Origin: Oscillospiraceae bacterium
GTDB lineage: Bacteria > Bacillota > Clostridia > Oscillospirales > UBA929
Assembly (NCBI GenBank): GCA_009777255.1
Contig: WRMG01000001.1
Coordinates: 5,751 to 69,750, forward strand
Reading direction: 5' to 3'
Length of the DNA stretch: 64,000 nt
The notes below the pieces were generated by a model. It made no database searches and was not told the DNA's origin. It saw nothing but the letters and a program-made list of their open reading frames with translations. Shown here piece by piece: positions 18,580-28,811 of this stretch. The stretch's first letter is position 1. Every line of letters begins with the position of its first letter. The position numbers were made by a program, and so were the translations under genes.

Positions 18580-20694
18580 TCAATGATGCTCATATAGATA
18601 GCCGAACAGCGCGTCGTCCTCCAGCGGGCGGCTTATGTAATACCCCTGTATGCAGTCGCAATCTCTATCTTTGAGTATATCGAACTGTTTCTCCGTCTCC
18701 ACGCCCTCGGCGACGACCTTCAGTCCCAGCCTGTGCGCCATCTGTATCATCATAAAGGCGAAAATCTGCTGCTTGTCATTCTCTATCTCGTCGATAAAAT
18801 GCTTGTCGATCTTCAGAACGTCCACCGGTATCTCGCGCAGATACTTCATCGAGGAATATCCGGTCCCGAAGTCGTCCAGCGCTATGGTGACGCCGCCCTC
18901 GCGCAAAACGCGCAGTTTCTCGCACATGGCGCCCACATTGGCGAGCATGACGCTCTCCGTGACCTCCAGCTGCAACTTCTCCGGCGGCAGCCCCGTATCG
19001 TTAAGAATCTCGAAAACCATATTGACAAAGCCGCCGTCGTCAAGCTGCACGGGCGATACGTTCACGGACATGTATCCGAAATCGACCCCGTCGCGCATAA
19101 GCTCCGCCGCTTTGCCGCACGCCGTCCGCAATATCTCACCGCCCATCGAGATTATAAGCCTTGCGTTCTCCGCGAGCGGTATGAACTCGGACGGCGAGAT
19201 AAAGCCCATGCTGGTTATATTCAGGCGCGCGAGCGCCTCAAACCCCAGACACTTTTTATGTATATCCACAATCGGCTGATAGACCAGATACAGCGACTTC
19301 ACCTCGTCCAGCTCCTGCAATATCTGCATTATCTGGTGCGTGCGCCTGATTTTAGCGACCATCCTGCGGTCAAACAGCGCGAAGTTAGTTTTCTTGACAT
19401 ACCACGCCTCGATCATCGCTATATCGGCGTACTGTATAAGCTCGTCTATATCGGTCCCGTGCAGCGGGCAGAGCGAGGCTCCCATCCTCACCTCCGCCAT
19501 AACGGACATGTTCTGTATCAAAAAAGGCCTGCGGAATATATCGAGTATCCGCGTGCTCAGCCGGTCCAGATGATCGACGTCATGCAGGCACTCGACATAG
19601 AGCAGGAAGCTGGAGTCGCCCGAGTTGCGCGAGTAGTACATCTCTTTGCCGAAATTCTTTTTCAGCGCCTCCGCCACGACTAAAATAACCTTATCCCCTA
19701 TCCCGAAACCGAAGGTGTCGTTTATGCTCCTCATATTTGCGATATTGAGTATAATGACCGCGCCCCAGTGGTCTTCCTTCAGGCTCTTCAGCTTTTCGGC
19801 GACCTCCTCGCAGAACTTTGCGCGACGCGGAAGGCCGGTAAGCGATTCATGGTGCGCGATGTAGTCCGAAAACTCCTGCGCCGTCTTGCGCTCATGTATG
19901 TCCGTAAGCGTGCCGGAGATTTTTTTCGCCCCGCCGTCCTCCACGACGGCCATGGTAAGATGCAGCCACTTATGTCCTCCGCCGGAGGTGATTATCTTAA
20001 TATCCCCGTCATAATGCCCCGTCATCCTGTCTAACCAGCTTACCAGCCCTTTTCTGTAATCGGGATGGATGATCTTATGCATCACATATTCCAACGGATA
20101 GTTCTCTTTAGAAAGCTCGTATGTCGTTATCTCATTCCAGCTGCCCGAGGCGAAGAACTCGTTGGTATACGGCACCAGCTCGAATATAGCGATCGTTGAA
20201 ATATCCACGGCGGACTTGAACCGCTGCTCGCTTATCCTGAGCCGCTCCCTGTCGCTTTTAAGCTCCGCTTCCAGCTGCGTGAGCGTCAGGTTTTTCTCCT
20301 CAAGCTCGCCTACCCGTTCGTTAAGCTGCCTGAACAGATTGTTAAAGCTGTTCAACAGCTCGCCGACCTCGTCGTTAACGTCAATCTCGCAGACCATATA
20401 CTGCCCGCCGGAGGCAAGGGTTATGGTTTCCCTCAGCCTTTTCAGCGGAGATACCACCCTGAAATGGAGTACCGGCAGAAAAACCGCCAGCGCCGCCGCA
20501 CCGAAAACAACGGCGATAAAGCTGCTTCCGCGTATAAACAGCGCCGCTTCCGCCTCAAGCACGGATACCGCGTCATTAATCCGGACGTCTTCGTAGATGA
20601 CAAACAAAAGAAGCGGAACAAACGTCATCAAAACCGCCACCGTGTAAAGTGATCTGCGAATACTCAATCTCAACATCCTCTCGGTATATTCCAA
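18580..20694 (-). CDS. Membrane c-di-GMP signalling protein: 2 TM-HAMP-PAS-degenerate GGDEF-EAL (probable phosphodiesterase)
   Basis: EAL motifs are intact (FEALARL, EVTES, DDFGTGYSS, KIDKHF, EGVET, QGYYISRP). The GGDEF position reads SGDSSF. Confidence 0.85.
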   Translation of the reverse strand: MEYTERMLRLSIRRSLYTVAVLMTFVPLLLFVIYEDVRINDAVSVLEAEAALFIRGSSFIAVVFGAAALAVFLPVLHFRVVSPLKRLRETITLASGGQYMVCEIDVNDEVGELLNSFNNLFRQLNERVGELEEKNLTLTQLEAELKSDRERLRISEQRFKSAVDISTIAIFELVPYTNEFFASGSWNEITTYELSKENYPLEYVMHKIIHPDYRKGLVSWLDRMTGHYDGDIKIITSGGGHKWLHLTMAVVEDGGAKKISGTLTDIHERKTAQEFSDYIAHHESLTGLPRRAKFCEEVAEKLKSLKEDHWGAVIILNIANMRSINDTFGFGIGDKVILVVAEALKKNFGKEMYYSRNSGDSSFLLYVECLHDVDHLDRLSTRILDIFRRPFLIQNMSVMAEVRMGASLCPLHGTDIDELIQYADIAMIEAWYVKKTNFALFDRRMVAKIRRTHQIMQILQELDEVKSLYLVYQPIVDIHKKCLGFEALARLNITSMGFISPSEFIPLAENARLIISMGGEILRTACGKAAELMRDGVDFGYMSVNVSPVQLDDGGFVNMVFEILNDTGLPPEKLQLEVTESVMLANVGAMCEKLRVLREGGVTIALDDFGTGYSSMKYLREIPVDVLKIDKHFIDEIENDKQQIFAFMMIQMAHRLGLKVVAEGVETEKQFDILKDRDCDCIQGYYISRPLEDDALFGYLYEHH

Positions 20695-20698
20695 ACAA

Positions 20699-21766
20699 TT
20701 ATACTATAGTTATCAGCTCCCTGTCAAGCGTCATAAGATTTTCGCAACCATTCTCACGCAATACGATAACATCCTCGATCCTCACGCCGAATTTCCCGGG
20801 AATATATATACCCGGCTCGGCCGATATGACCATCCCCGCCTCCAAAACGCGCTTTTCGCCGGGGGATGCGTTATAGTCCTCATGCACCTCCATGCCGATA
20901 CCGTGCCCGAAGCCATGCCCGAAATACTCGCCGTAGCCCGCGTTCCTTATCACCTCGTCGGCGGCGTTGTGGATGTCCATGCCCAAAACGCCCGCCTTCG
21001 CGGCGGCGATACCCGCAAGCTGCGCCTTCCTGACGACGCCGTAAACCTCGCGCATCTCATCGGTGGCATATCCTATAGCGACGGTGCGCGTCATATCCGA
21101 GCAATAGCCGTCAAGGCTGCAACCAAAATCAACCGTTACAAAATCTCCCTTTTGCAGCTCCCTGTCGCCCGGCTCGCCGTGCGGCAGCGACGAGTTCGGG
21201 CCGCTGACGACAATCGGGTCAAACGACGGCTTATCCGCGCCCAGTCTGAGCATCCGGTAAATAAGCTCCGCCGCCGCCTGTTTCTCCGTCATGCCCGCCG
21301 ATATGACGTCTAAAACTTCTAAAAACGCTCTCTCCGCGATACGCTGCGCCGCTTTCATGCGCTCGATCTCCCAAGGCTCCTTGACCGCCCTCATCTTTGC
21401 GATGCCGGCCGCCGCCGATACCCACTCTATGTTCTCCAGTTCCTTTTGCCACGCCTCGTGTTCTTTGACCGTCATAATATCCTCTTCAAAGCCGATACGC
21501 CTTATATCGCCTGTCCATTCCCTCATAATCGCGGCGAAGGTTTTCTCTCTCGTGCGCATCTCGACTGTAAAGTCACTTAGCTTTACATTTGCCGCCTCGA
21601 TATAACGGAAATCCGTGCTGAAAAACGCGCGCTCCGGCGTAACAAACGCAATACCCGACGAAGTGCGCAGCCCCGTCGCGTAATGCCTGTTGACCTCCCC
21701 CGCAAGCATGATACCGTCAAGCTCCAGTTCCTTGCAAAGGTTTTGGGTTTTCATTAAATTACTCAC
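20699..21766 (-). CDS. M24 family Xaa-Pro aminopeptidase/dipeptidase
   Basis: An N-terminal creatinase-like domain, and metal ligands in DFGCSLDGYCSDMTR, HGFGHGIGMEVHE and EPGIY. Confidence 0.88.
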   Translation of the reverse strand: MSNLMKTQNLCKELELDGIMLAGEVNRHYATGLRTSSGIAFVTPERAFFSTDFRYIEAANVKLSDFTVEMRTREKTFAAIMREWTGDIRRIGFEEDIMTVKEHEAWQKELENIEWVSAAAGIAKMRAVKEPWEIERMKAAQRIAERAFLEVLDVISAGMTEKQAAAELIYRMLRLGADKPSFDPIVVSGPNSSLPHGEPGDRELQKGDFVTVDFGCSLDGYCSDMTRTVAIGYATDEMREVYGVVRKAQLAGIAAAKAGVLGMDIHNAADEVIRNAGYGEYFGHGFGHGIGMEVHEDYNASPGEKRVLEAGMVISAEPGIYIPGKFGVRIEDVIVLRENGCENLMTLDRELITIV

Positions 21767-22251
21767 TATAAGCGCCCCTTTTCATTAATAAACCGTCTTT
21801 CCAGCACATTGCGCCTGAAGTTGAACAGCATATTGCGCGTGACCGGCTCGACGATGACCGACGTGATCCTCGCCCTGTTCGCGGCCAGCACGTCCGTGAA
21901 TATCTGGTCGCCCACCATCGCGGCGTCACGCGGACAGATACCGATACGCCCGCAGGCCTCCAGCAGGGCTTCGGGTTTGGGCTTGCGCGCCCCGGCGACA
22001 TACGGCAGCTCCAGCGGAGCGCAAAACGCCTCCACGCGCCGCTTTCCGGCGTTAGACAGCACAATAAGGCCGTAGCCCGCTTCACGCATAGATTTAAGCC
22101 ATTCCGACGTGGCGGTGTCCGGCGTTTTGACGCGGTATCCGGCAAGCGTATTGTCAAGGTCAAGCAGCAGCCCCTTGATCGAATACCGGCTCATCCACTC
22201 CGGCGTAATCTCCTGAACGGACCGCAGAACTATGTCCGGATAAAAATTCAT
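21766..22251 (-). CDS. yqeG: YqeG-family HAD-IIIA phosphatase
   Basis: LLLDLDNTL, SNAG and GDQIFTDV motifs. The ATG at 22251 lies 7 nt after GGAGG. The rest of the 369-aa ORF-track entry is a shadow ORF. Confidence 0.85.
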   Translation of the reverse strand: MNFYPDIVLRSVQEITPEWMSRYSIKGLLLDLDNTLAGYRVKTPDTATSEWLKSMREAGYGLIVLSNAGKRRVEAFCAPLELPYVAGARKPKPEALLEACGRIGICPRDAAMVGDQIFTDVLAANRARITSVIVEPVTRNMLFNFRRNVLERRFINEKGRL

Positions 22252-22287
22252 AGACTGACCTCCGACGAGCATACTTTTTATAAGGGG

Positions 22288-22998
22288 GTGACGCGTGTGC
22301 AGATATATCTCGCCGCAACGCCCGACGACGCGAGGTCGGCGGCGGCCTACGGCTATCCCCTCGCCCACATGGCGTATTACAAGACGTTCGAGCAGCACGG
22401 CAGGTCCGGCGGCTGGATGGTGCTGGGCGGCCCGCTGGCCGGCGGCATAGACCCGCGTGAGGCCGTCGAGGAGTGCAGACGCCGCGATTTCAGCGGCCTT
22501 TTGCTGGATTTTGAGAGCGGCGACCGTCAGGCGCTCACGCGCTTTGTTCTTCAGGCCGACGAGCTCTGCGCCCAATATAACCTTACTCTGATAACCGGTA
22601 AAAAATTCCAGACAGAACGGTCGCTCACGCTTGTGCCCTCCGGCGCCGTCAGCGGCTCGCTCAGGCAGCGGCTTATTAAGTACGGCGCGGGCGCGGTGCT
22701 GGAGATAGTCAGGCTCGCGCAGGATATACCGCTTCCGGCGCCGCAGGGCCGCGGCATAACCATGACGCACCGGCGGCTGGGCGAGCTGCTGGAGTCGCGC
22801 AGACCGGTGACATTTTTTTCCTCCGAGCTGCTGGCGCGTTATTTTACGTACAAGGATGAATCCGGCGTCACGCATTTCATCATCTACGACGACGCCGAAA
22901 GCATTTCAAAAAAAATACGGCTTGCCGGCGCGATAGGCTTCCCTTACGCTGTCATGCTGTACAGCGAGGTCAAGGATTTACTCGGTAATATTTCGTAA
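22288..22998 (+). CDS. Hypothetical protein with degenerate GH18/TIM-barrel-like features
   Basis: GLLLDFES (DxE-like) and C-terminal IIYDDAESISKKIRLAGAIGFPYAVML resemble the chitinase fold. The start is GTG 22288 or GTG 22297, the latter better spaced from aaggggg. Confidence 0.45.
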   Translation: MTRVQIYLAATPDDARSAAAYGYPLAHMAYYKTFEQHGRSGGWMVLGGPLAGGIDPREAVEECRRRDFSGLLLDFESGDRQALTRFVLQADELCAQYNLTLITGKKFQTERSLTLVPSGAVSGSLRQRLIKYGAGAVLEIVRLAQDIPLPAPQGRGITMTHRRLGELLESRRPVTFFSSELLARYFTYKDESGVTHFIIYDDAESISKKIRLAGAIGFPYAVMLYSEVKDLLGNIS

Positions 22999-23053
22999 GT
23001 AAAAATCTCCCACATAAGGGCGCCGCCTGCCGGCGGCGGCCGCGTCCTATTCA

Positions 23054-23088
23054 AAATCCGCAACAGTTGTTGCGGATTTCAGGTTTTT
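23054..23088. terminator. Bidirectional intrinsic terminator between convergent genes
   Basis: An 11-bp perfect stem aaatccgcaac/gttgcggattt (23054-23079, loop agtt). It is flanked by T-runs on both strands. Confidence 0.7.
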
Positions 23089-23269
23089 AACCGAATTTTT
23101 TCTTTTTGGCGCGCGCGGCCTCCGATTTTTTACGCCGCTTTACGCTGGGGCTCTCATAGTGCTCGCGTTTGCGAAGCTCGGAAAGCACACCGGCTTTAGC
23201 GCAATTGCGCTTAAAACGCTTGAGAGCGCTGTCCAGAGATTCATTCTCCTTTAATCTTACTTCCGACAT
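23087..23269 (-). CDS. rpsU: 30S ribosomal protein S21
   Basis: [21 protein letters not shown]...KREHYESPS is typical S21. Confidence 0.95.
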   Translation of the reverse strand: MSEVRLKENESLDSALKRFKRNCAKAGVLSELRKREHYESPSVKRRKKSEAARAKKKKFG

Positions 23270-23315
23270 TTGCTACCCTCCCCCCGCTTATGCAAGTTCA
23301 TGTCAACGCTTAACC

Positions 23316-23344
23316 ATTATAATTGTACTGGCCCTTTTTGTCAA
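23316..23344 (-). promoter_or_regulatory. Consensus sigma-A promoter of rpsU
   Basis: On the minus strand: TTGACA (23344-23339), a 17-nt spacer, then TATAAT (23321-23316). Confidence 0.65.
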
Positions 23345-23365
23345 CCCCCAATTTTTACTGCCTTT

Positions 23366-25756
23366 TTACGGTTTTATTACAAGGTTGACTATTTTATTCC
23401 TGACGACAATGGTTCTGTCCGGAGTTTTACCCGCCAGATACTGCGCCACCCTCGCGTCGCCGAGCGCCGCCTTTATAACGTCGCCGTCGCCGGAGTCAAG
23501 CGGCAAAACTATTGAGGCTCTTAGCTTTCCGTTTACTTGAACGGCAATTTCGACTTCGCTGTCAATAACCTTTCGGGGGTCATATTCCGGCCATTTCTGC
23601 TTACAGCACAGCTCTTTGAAGCCCAGCTTTTCCCACAGCTCCTCCGCCGTATGCGGCGCGAACGGCGACAAAAGCCGCAACAAAACGTATAAATCCCCCT
23701 TTGTCGCCCCACCCGCGCCCAATTCGTTTGTAAGTGTCATCAACTGGGCGATTGCCGTGTTGAATTTCAGCTGTTCTATATCCTCCGTGACTTTTTTTAT
23801 GGTTTTATGCAGCAAAACCTCAGTAGCCGGCGACACGTTTAGTGTGGCTTTCGCTTTCTCCGAAAGCGCCCACACCTTTTCGACAAACCTCCGGCAGCCC
23901 TTTACGGCCTGCGACGCCCATGCCGCCGCCTTTTCAAAGTCCCCGATAAACATGATATAGAGCCGCATGGTGTCCGCGCCGTACTCCGCGACAATATCGC
24001 CGGGATCGACGACGTTCCCGCGCGACTTCGACATCTTTTCCCCGCCCTCGCCGAGTATCATGCCGTGGCTCGTGCGCTTTTTATACGGCTCAGGCATGGG
24101 TACGACGCCGATGTCGTACAGGAATTTATGCCAGAATCTGGAATAAAGCAGATGCAGCGTCGTATGCTCCATGCCCCCGTTATACCAATCCACGGGCATC
24201 CACTTCTCAATTGCCTCCCGCGACGCCAATTCCCTGTCGTTATTACAGTCTGTATAACGCAGAAAGTACCACGACGAACCCGCCCACTGCGGCATCGTGT
24301 CCGTTTCGCGCTCGGCGGCGCCGCCGCACTTGGGGCATTTCACCTCGACCCATTCCCGCATCTTAGACAGCGGCGACTCCCCGCTCTCCGTCGGCTCATA
24401 CGAATCAACCATCGGAAGCGTAAGCGGCAGCTCCTCATACGGCACGGGGACCGCGCCGCATTTTTCACAGTGTATTATGGGGATCGGCTCGCCCCAGTAG
24501 CGCTGACGCGAGAACACCCAGTCGCGCAGCTTGTAGTTGACCTTAGCCTCTCCCAGCCCCTTTTCAACCAGCCACGCGGTTATCTTTTTCTTTGCCTCGC
24601 CTACCTCCAGCCCGTCCAGAAAACCGGAGTTTACCATTTTCCCGCTCTCGGTGTCCAGAAACGCCGCCTCGTCTATATTGCCGCCCGCGACCACCTCAAC
24701 TATCGGCAGGTTGAACTTTTTCGCAAACTCCCAGTCGCGCGTGTCATGCCCGGGCACAGCCATGATGGCGCCCGTCCCGTATGACATAAGGACATAGTCC
24801 GACACAAAAACCGGTATCTCCTTGCCGGTGACCGGATTAACGGCGCAGACGCCCGACAGCATGACGCCGGTTTTGTCCTTTGCCAGCTCCGTGCGCTCAA
24901 AGTCCGATTTTCTGGCGGCGCCCGCCCTGTAATCATCTATCTCCCGATAATTTTCCAGCTTCTCCTTCCACTTCTCGATAAACGGATGCTCCGGTGAAAT
25001 AACCATGTAAGTCGCGCCGAACAGCGTGTCGGGCCGCGTTGTATACACCCGCAGTATATCGCCCGCGGTGGTGGCGAAATCCGCCTCGGCGCCCTCGCTG
25101 CGCCCGATCCAGTTGCGCTGCTGCGCCTTGACGCGGTCGTTGAAGTCCACCATATCCAGATCGTCGATAAGCCGTTGGGCATACGCGGTTATTTTCAGCA
25201 TCCACTGCGACTTCTCGCGGCGCACCACGGCGCTGCCGCAGCGCTCGCAAACGCCGTCCACGACCTCCTCGTTGGCCAGCACGCACAGGCACGACGTACA
25301 CCAGTTGACGGGCATACGCGCCTTATACGCCAGCCCGTTTTCAAACAGCTTCAAAAATATCCACTGCGTCCATTTATAGTAACCCGGGTCGGTGGTGTTC
25401 ACCTCCCTGTCCCAGTCGAAGGAGTAGCCCAGCGCGTCCGACTGTTTGCGGAACAACTCCACGTTATCCCTTGTGACGACGGACGGATGTATGCGTTTAG
25501 CGATAGCCGTATTCTCGGTGGGCAGCCCGAACGCGTCCCAGCCCATGGGGAACAGCACGCTCTGCCCCTGCATGCGGCGCTTGCGCGCTATAACGTCCAT
25601 AGCGGTATACGGGCGCGTATGCCCGACATGCAGCCCGTTGCCGGAGGGATACGGGAACTCTATCAGCAGATACGATTTCTCCCCGTCCTCCCGCGTCTTA
25701 AAGGCCTTTTCCTCAGCCCAGCGTTTCTGCCATTTCTTTTCGTAATCCTTTGTCAT
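23366..25756 (-). CDS. leuS: Leucyl-tRNA synthetase
   Basis: HVGH (HIGH) and KMSKS motifs, and a CP1 editing domain. I chose the ATG at 25756 ([13 protein letters not shown]). Confidence 0.97.
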   Translation of the reverse strand: MTKDYEKKWQKRWAEEKAFKTREDGEKSYLLIEFPYPSGNGLHVGHTRPYTAMDVIARKRRMQGQSVLFPMGWDAFGLPTENTAIAKRIHPSVVTRDNVELFRKQSDALGYSFDWDREVNTTDPGYYKWTQWIFLKLFENGLAYKARMPVNWCTSCLCVLANEEVVDGVCERCGSAVVRREKSQWMLKITAYAQRLIDDLDMVDFNDRVKAQQRNWIGRSEGAEADFATTAGDILRVYTTRPDTLFGATYMVISPEHPFIEKWKEKLENYREIDDYRAGAARKSDFERTELAKDKTGVMLSGVCAVNPVTGKEIPVFVSDYVLMSYGTGAIMAVPGHDTRDWEFAKKFNLPIVEVVAGGNIDEAAFLDTESGKMVNSGFLDGLEVGEAKKKITAWLVEKGLGEAKVNYKLRDWVFSRQRYWGEPIPIIHCEKCGAVPVPYEELPLTLPMVDSYEPTESGESPLSKMREWVEVKCPKCGGAAERETDTMPQWAGSSWYFLRYTDCNNDRELASREAIEKWMPVDWYNGGMEHTTLHLLYSRFWHKFLYDIGVVPMPEPYKKRTSHGMILGEGGEKMSKSRGNVVDPGDIVAEYGADTMRLYIMFIGDFEKAAAWASQAVKGCRRFVEKVWALSEKAKATLNVSPATEVLLHKTIKKVTEDIEQLKFNTAIAQLMTLTNELGAGGATKGDLYVLLRLLSPFAPHTAEELWEKLGFKELCCKQKWPEYDPRKVIDSEVEIAVQVNGKLRASIVLPLDSGDGDVIKAALGDARVAQYLAGKTPDRTIVVRNKIVNLVIKP

Positions 25757-25760
25757 ACCG

Positions 25761-26099
25761 TCACCTCTCAACCGCAACCGCGTCGCTCCATAATCTCTCC
25801 AGCGCGTAGAACTCTCGCGCCTCGTGCGTAAACACGTGAATGATCACGGCGCCGTAATCAAGCAGCACCCAGCCGCTGGCCTTATGCCCCTCGATGTGAT
25901 GCGGCGTTATGCCCCGCTCCTTCAGCTTTAGCCCCAGCTCGTCCGTCAGCGCCCGCAGATGTGTGCCGGACGTGGCGGTCGCTATGACGAAATAATCCGC
26001 CAGAACCGTGACCTCCGTTACCTGAAGCAGCTTTATGTCCAGACCTTTTTTGGCGTCCAGCGTATCCGCCGCGAACACGGCTATTTCTCTAGGCTCCAT
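25761..26099 (-). CDS. rsfS: Ribosome silencing factor RsfS
   Basis: 112 aa with the [10 protein letters not shown]...[14 protein letters not shown] signature. Confidence 0.92.
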   Translation of the reverse strand: MEPREIAVFAADTLDAKKGLDIKLLQVTEVTVLADYFVIATATSGTHLRALTDELGLKLKERGITPHHIEGHKASGWVLLDYGAVIIHVFTHEAREFYALERLWSDAVAVER

Positions 26100-26113
26100 T
26101 TTATAACCCTCCT

Positions 26114-27211
26114 CTAATCATTCAGCAGCAATATATCCAGATCATCCGCCGTAATATCCCTTGTAAACGGGTTGATCATAGCGTTTATCATCTCAAGCGC
26201 CTCGTCAACAAGCACATGCTCATACCATCCCCTGTTATATCTCACGCTTTCGGTCGGCAGCGTATAGAAATTCAGACATTCCGTGCCGTAGCCCAAAACC
26301 GTTGTGGCAATCCACATCAGCGTAGTGCCGCTCATGTCGGAGGTAAGGTTCTCCTCGGCGATTTTCAGAAACTCGCCCAGCTTGAACAGATTGCCCAGCG
26401 AGATCGCCTGCCTGCCCATAGCCCTCAAAAACTCCTGCTGAACCGCCATGCGCCCGTAATCGTCGTGCCCATAGCCCTCGGTGCCGTTATAGTCCCTGTA
26501 CCTCACCAGCTGGAGCGCCTCGTCGCCGTTCAGCTTCCGCTGCCCCTTTTCCAGGTCGATGACCATATCGTCAAGAATCTTGTACATGGTCTTAGGCACA
26601 TTGAAATCCACGCCGCCCATCGTGTTCACCAGCCTGATAAATCCGTTGTAATTAACAACAGCGTAAAAATCCGGCACAAAACCGATTACCGTCTCCAGCT
26701 CGCCTTTAAGCTGCAATATGCCGTTGCCCTTGCCGCTCGACTCGCCCATGCCGTAAGCGGCGTTTATCCTTTTCACGCTGCGCCGCACGTTTACCATGGT
26801 GTCGCGCGGTATGCTGACAATATTAAATACTTCGTTTACCGTATCCAGCATCCCCACCATTATCGTGTCGGTGTTGCCGTCGTTCTCTTTTCCCAGGAAA
26901 AGAAAGGTATAAACACCGGCCTTGCGCCTGCTGACCGGCGCGGGCGTAGAGCTTGGCGCGTCCGCGGGCCTCGGCGTCCTGTTGATGTCGAACTGCGGCA
27001 GCTCGACGGTCTCCGGTATCTCCACCTCCGGTATCTCGGGCGGCACGATATTCATATTCCACCACGCGACGCCGGCGATGATAAGCGTGCCGGTCACCGC
27101 CATAATGACGGTAAGCACCCTCACCCATTTCTTCCCGAAGAAATCCGCAAGCCCAGTCTTTTTTTCCGCGCCGTCCCCGCGGTCCCTTATATGCCCACCG
27201 TACAGCTTCAT
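26114..27211 (-). CDS. LytR-CpsA-Psr (LCP) family cell-envelope phosphotransferase
   Basis: An N-terminal TM segment and NTDTIMVGMLD...VSIPRDT motifs. Confidence 0.88.
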   Translation of the reverse strand: MKLYGGHIRDRGDGAEKKTGLADFFGKKWVRVLTVIMAVTGTLIIAGVAWWNMNIVPPEIPEVEIPETVELPQFDINRTPRPADAPSSTPAPVSRRKAGVYTFLFLGKENDGNTDTIMVGMLDTVNEVFNIVSIPRDTMVNVRRSVKRINAAYGMGESSGKGNGILQLKGELETVIGFVPDFYAVVNYNGFIRLVNTMGGVDFNVPKTMYKILDDMVIDLEKGQRKLNGDEALQLVRYRDYNGTEGYGHDDYGRMAVQQEFLRAMGRQAISLGNLFKLGEFLKIAEENLTSDMSGTTLMWIATTVLGYGTECLNFYTLPTESVRYNRGWYEHVLVDEALEMINAMINPFTRDITADDLDILLLND

Positions 27212-28260
27212 AAACCAAGTACCTCTTTATAATAATCGCGCGCCTCGAAAGTAGCGGGATGGATAACGCTGCCCTCTTCAACAAGCTTCTGCATGACCCT
27301 TTCAATCACAGCCAGCACGGCCCGCTCTCTGTTTTCATACGCCAGCCTGCGGTATGCCGGAACATCCTTATACTCCCTTGTCGGCTCCAGCTTGTCCGCC
27401 AGATAGATAATCATTTCCAGCCCGCTCATGCCGGGCCTGCCCATCGTATGGTGCTTAATCGCGCCGTATACGGCGCCGCTCACCCCGAGTTCACGCCGCG
27501 CAAGCTCCGCCGCCGTTATGCCGTGCAGAAATTTTTCGTTTCCCGAAAACGGCCTGTCAGATATTATATTACACTCCGCGCAATATTGCAAATGTTTTTC
27601 CGGCGGCCAATGCTTTGTGCAGTCGTGAAGGAGCGCGGCCAGCGCGGCCTCCCTCAAATCCTCCCCATACAGCGCGGCCAGCCTGACGGCCTCGCTCTCC
27701 GTCCCCAGCGAGTGTTCAAGTCTTTTCGGATGGATATTTTCAAGGATTTCAGCCCTTCTCATATCCCCTCCGCGCAGTTCCGAAGACGATATTTCGACAA
27801 TTTTCGCGTCAATAACCGTGACATTAGCATTATATTCCGACTTTAAGCGCTCAACGCGCTCATTTACGGACTGCCCATCGCGGCGCGTTACCGCGAGCTT
27901 AACCTTGCTCAAAAGCTCCCTGAAGCCGCGCCATTTTTCAAAATTATTGAATGAATCCGTGCCGAGCGCCAGCGTAAGCCCGTCTATGTCCAGCGCGTTC
28001 ACCGTGTCAATTGTATAACTGACCCCGCCTTTTGTAATCTCAAAATCCGATACCTCGACATTGTCAAACCCGCCGAAGGTCAGCCGCGCCAGCCTAATGC
28101 GTTCAGAAGCGCCGAACGAGTTTTCCGGCAGCGGCTTGTGCGGCGGTACGGCCGCGGGCATGACGATCACCCTGTCATACAGCCCCGACAGGGTTTTAAC
28201 GGTCAAATAGTGCCCTATGTGCGGCGGGTTGAACGTCCCGCCATATAAAACAGTCCTCAT
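27208..28260 (-). CDS. nadD: Fused nicotinate-nucleotide adenylyltransferase (NadD) and HD-domain YqeK hydrolase
   Basis: The N-terminal GGTFNPPHIGH (HxGH) and SSSELR motifs are NadD. The C-terminal half has LHDCTK and HHTMGRPGMSGLEMIIYLADKLEP (YqeK-type HD). Confidence 0.85.
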   Translation of the reverse strand: MRTVLYGGTFNPPHIGHYLTVKTLSGLYDRVIVMPAAVPPHKPLPENSFGASERIRLARLTFGGFDNVEVSDFEITKGGVSYTIDTVNALDIDGLTLALGTDSFNNFEKWRGFRELLSKVKLAVTRRDGQSVNERVERLKSEYNANVTVIDAKIVEISSSELRGGDMRRAEILENIHPKRLEHSLGTESEAVRLAALYGEDLREAALAALLHDCTKHWPPEKHLQYCAECNIISDRPFSGNEKFLHGITAAELARRELGVSGAVYGAIKHHTMGRPGMSGLEMIIYLADKLEPTREYKDVPAYRRLAYENRERAVLAVIERVMQKLVEEGSVIHPATFEARDYYKEVLGL

Positions 28261-28811
28261 AATCGGTCAAGCATCCTCACTAACTGCCGTATCGCCCTGC
28301 CTCTGTGCGAAATCAAATTCTTTTCGCCCTGCGTCATCTCGCCGGTCGTGCTGCCGTTGTACTCGAACAGCGGGTCGTACCCGAAGCCGTTGTCGCCGCG
28401 CGGCACCTGCACAATGCTCCCGTTGCAGCGCGCCACGGAAACCAGCTCACGCCCGTTCGGAAAAACGCAGACGATCGCGCACTCGAAACACGCCGCGCGG
28501 TTTGTTTTTCCAACCATTTGACGCAGCAGATACATGTTTCGTTCCCTGTCCGTCCTATAGCCGCCGTACCGCGCGCTGAATATCCCGGGCGCGCCGCCCA
28601 GCGCGGCCACGCACAGCCCCGAATCCTCGGCGATAACGGGCAGCACGCCCGCCGCCGCCCGCGCCTTGATACGCGCGTTCTCCACAAAGGTTTTGCCGTC
28701 CTCCGCCGGCGGCGCGTAGGCAATCGGCAGCGGCTCGAACTCATGCTCCGGCATAAGCGTGTAAAACTCCCTTATCTTGCCCATATTCGTAGTGGCGATC
28801 AGAAATTTCAA
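28257..28811 (-). CDS. rdgB: Non-canonical purine NTP pyrophosphatase (RdgB/HAM1)
   Basis: ATTNMGKIREF, EDSGL and FGYDPLF motifs. Confidence 0.9.
   Translation of the reverse strand: MKFLIATTNMGKIREFYTLMPEHEFEPLPIAYAPPAEDGKTFVENARIKARAAAGVLPVIAEDSGLCVAALGGAPGIFSARYGGYRTDRERNMYLLRQMVGKTNRAACFECAIVCVFPNGRELVSVARCNGSIVQVPRGDNGFGYDPLFEYNGSTTGEMTQGEKNLISHRGRAIRQLVRMLDRL

Noticed and set aside
21766-22875. 369-aa minus-strand ORF in the ORF track.
   Set aside because: Only the C-terminal 161 aa (from ATG 22251, with GGAGG RBS) look like a protein (YqeG HAD phosphatase). The N-terminal 208 aa are Arg-rich antisense of the better-supported plus-strand ORF 22288-22998.
25757-25777. N-terminal extensions given by the ORF track for leuS, and likewise for plsX (34947-34967), metY (18567-18593), rplS (10407-10454), rpiB (10 nt region 50910-50924), yraN (7861-7896), the PRT gene (12127-12147) and the OadG-like gene (13811-13858).
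   Set aside because: In each case an internal ATG matches the conserved protein N-terminus, has a better RBS, or removes an overlap with the upstream gene or a leader hairpin.
23270-25777. T-box leaders upstream of leuS, lysS and thrC.
   Set aside because: Each of these genes starts within 4-40 nt of the preceding gene's stop (rsfS, greA, yraN). There is no room for a ~200-nt T-box and no T-box core sequence was seen.
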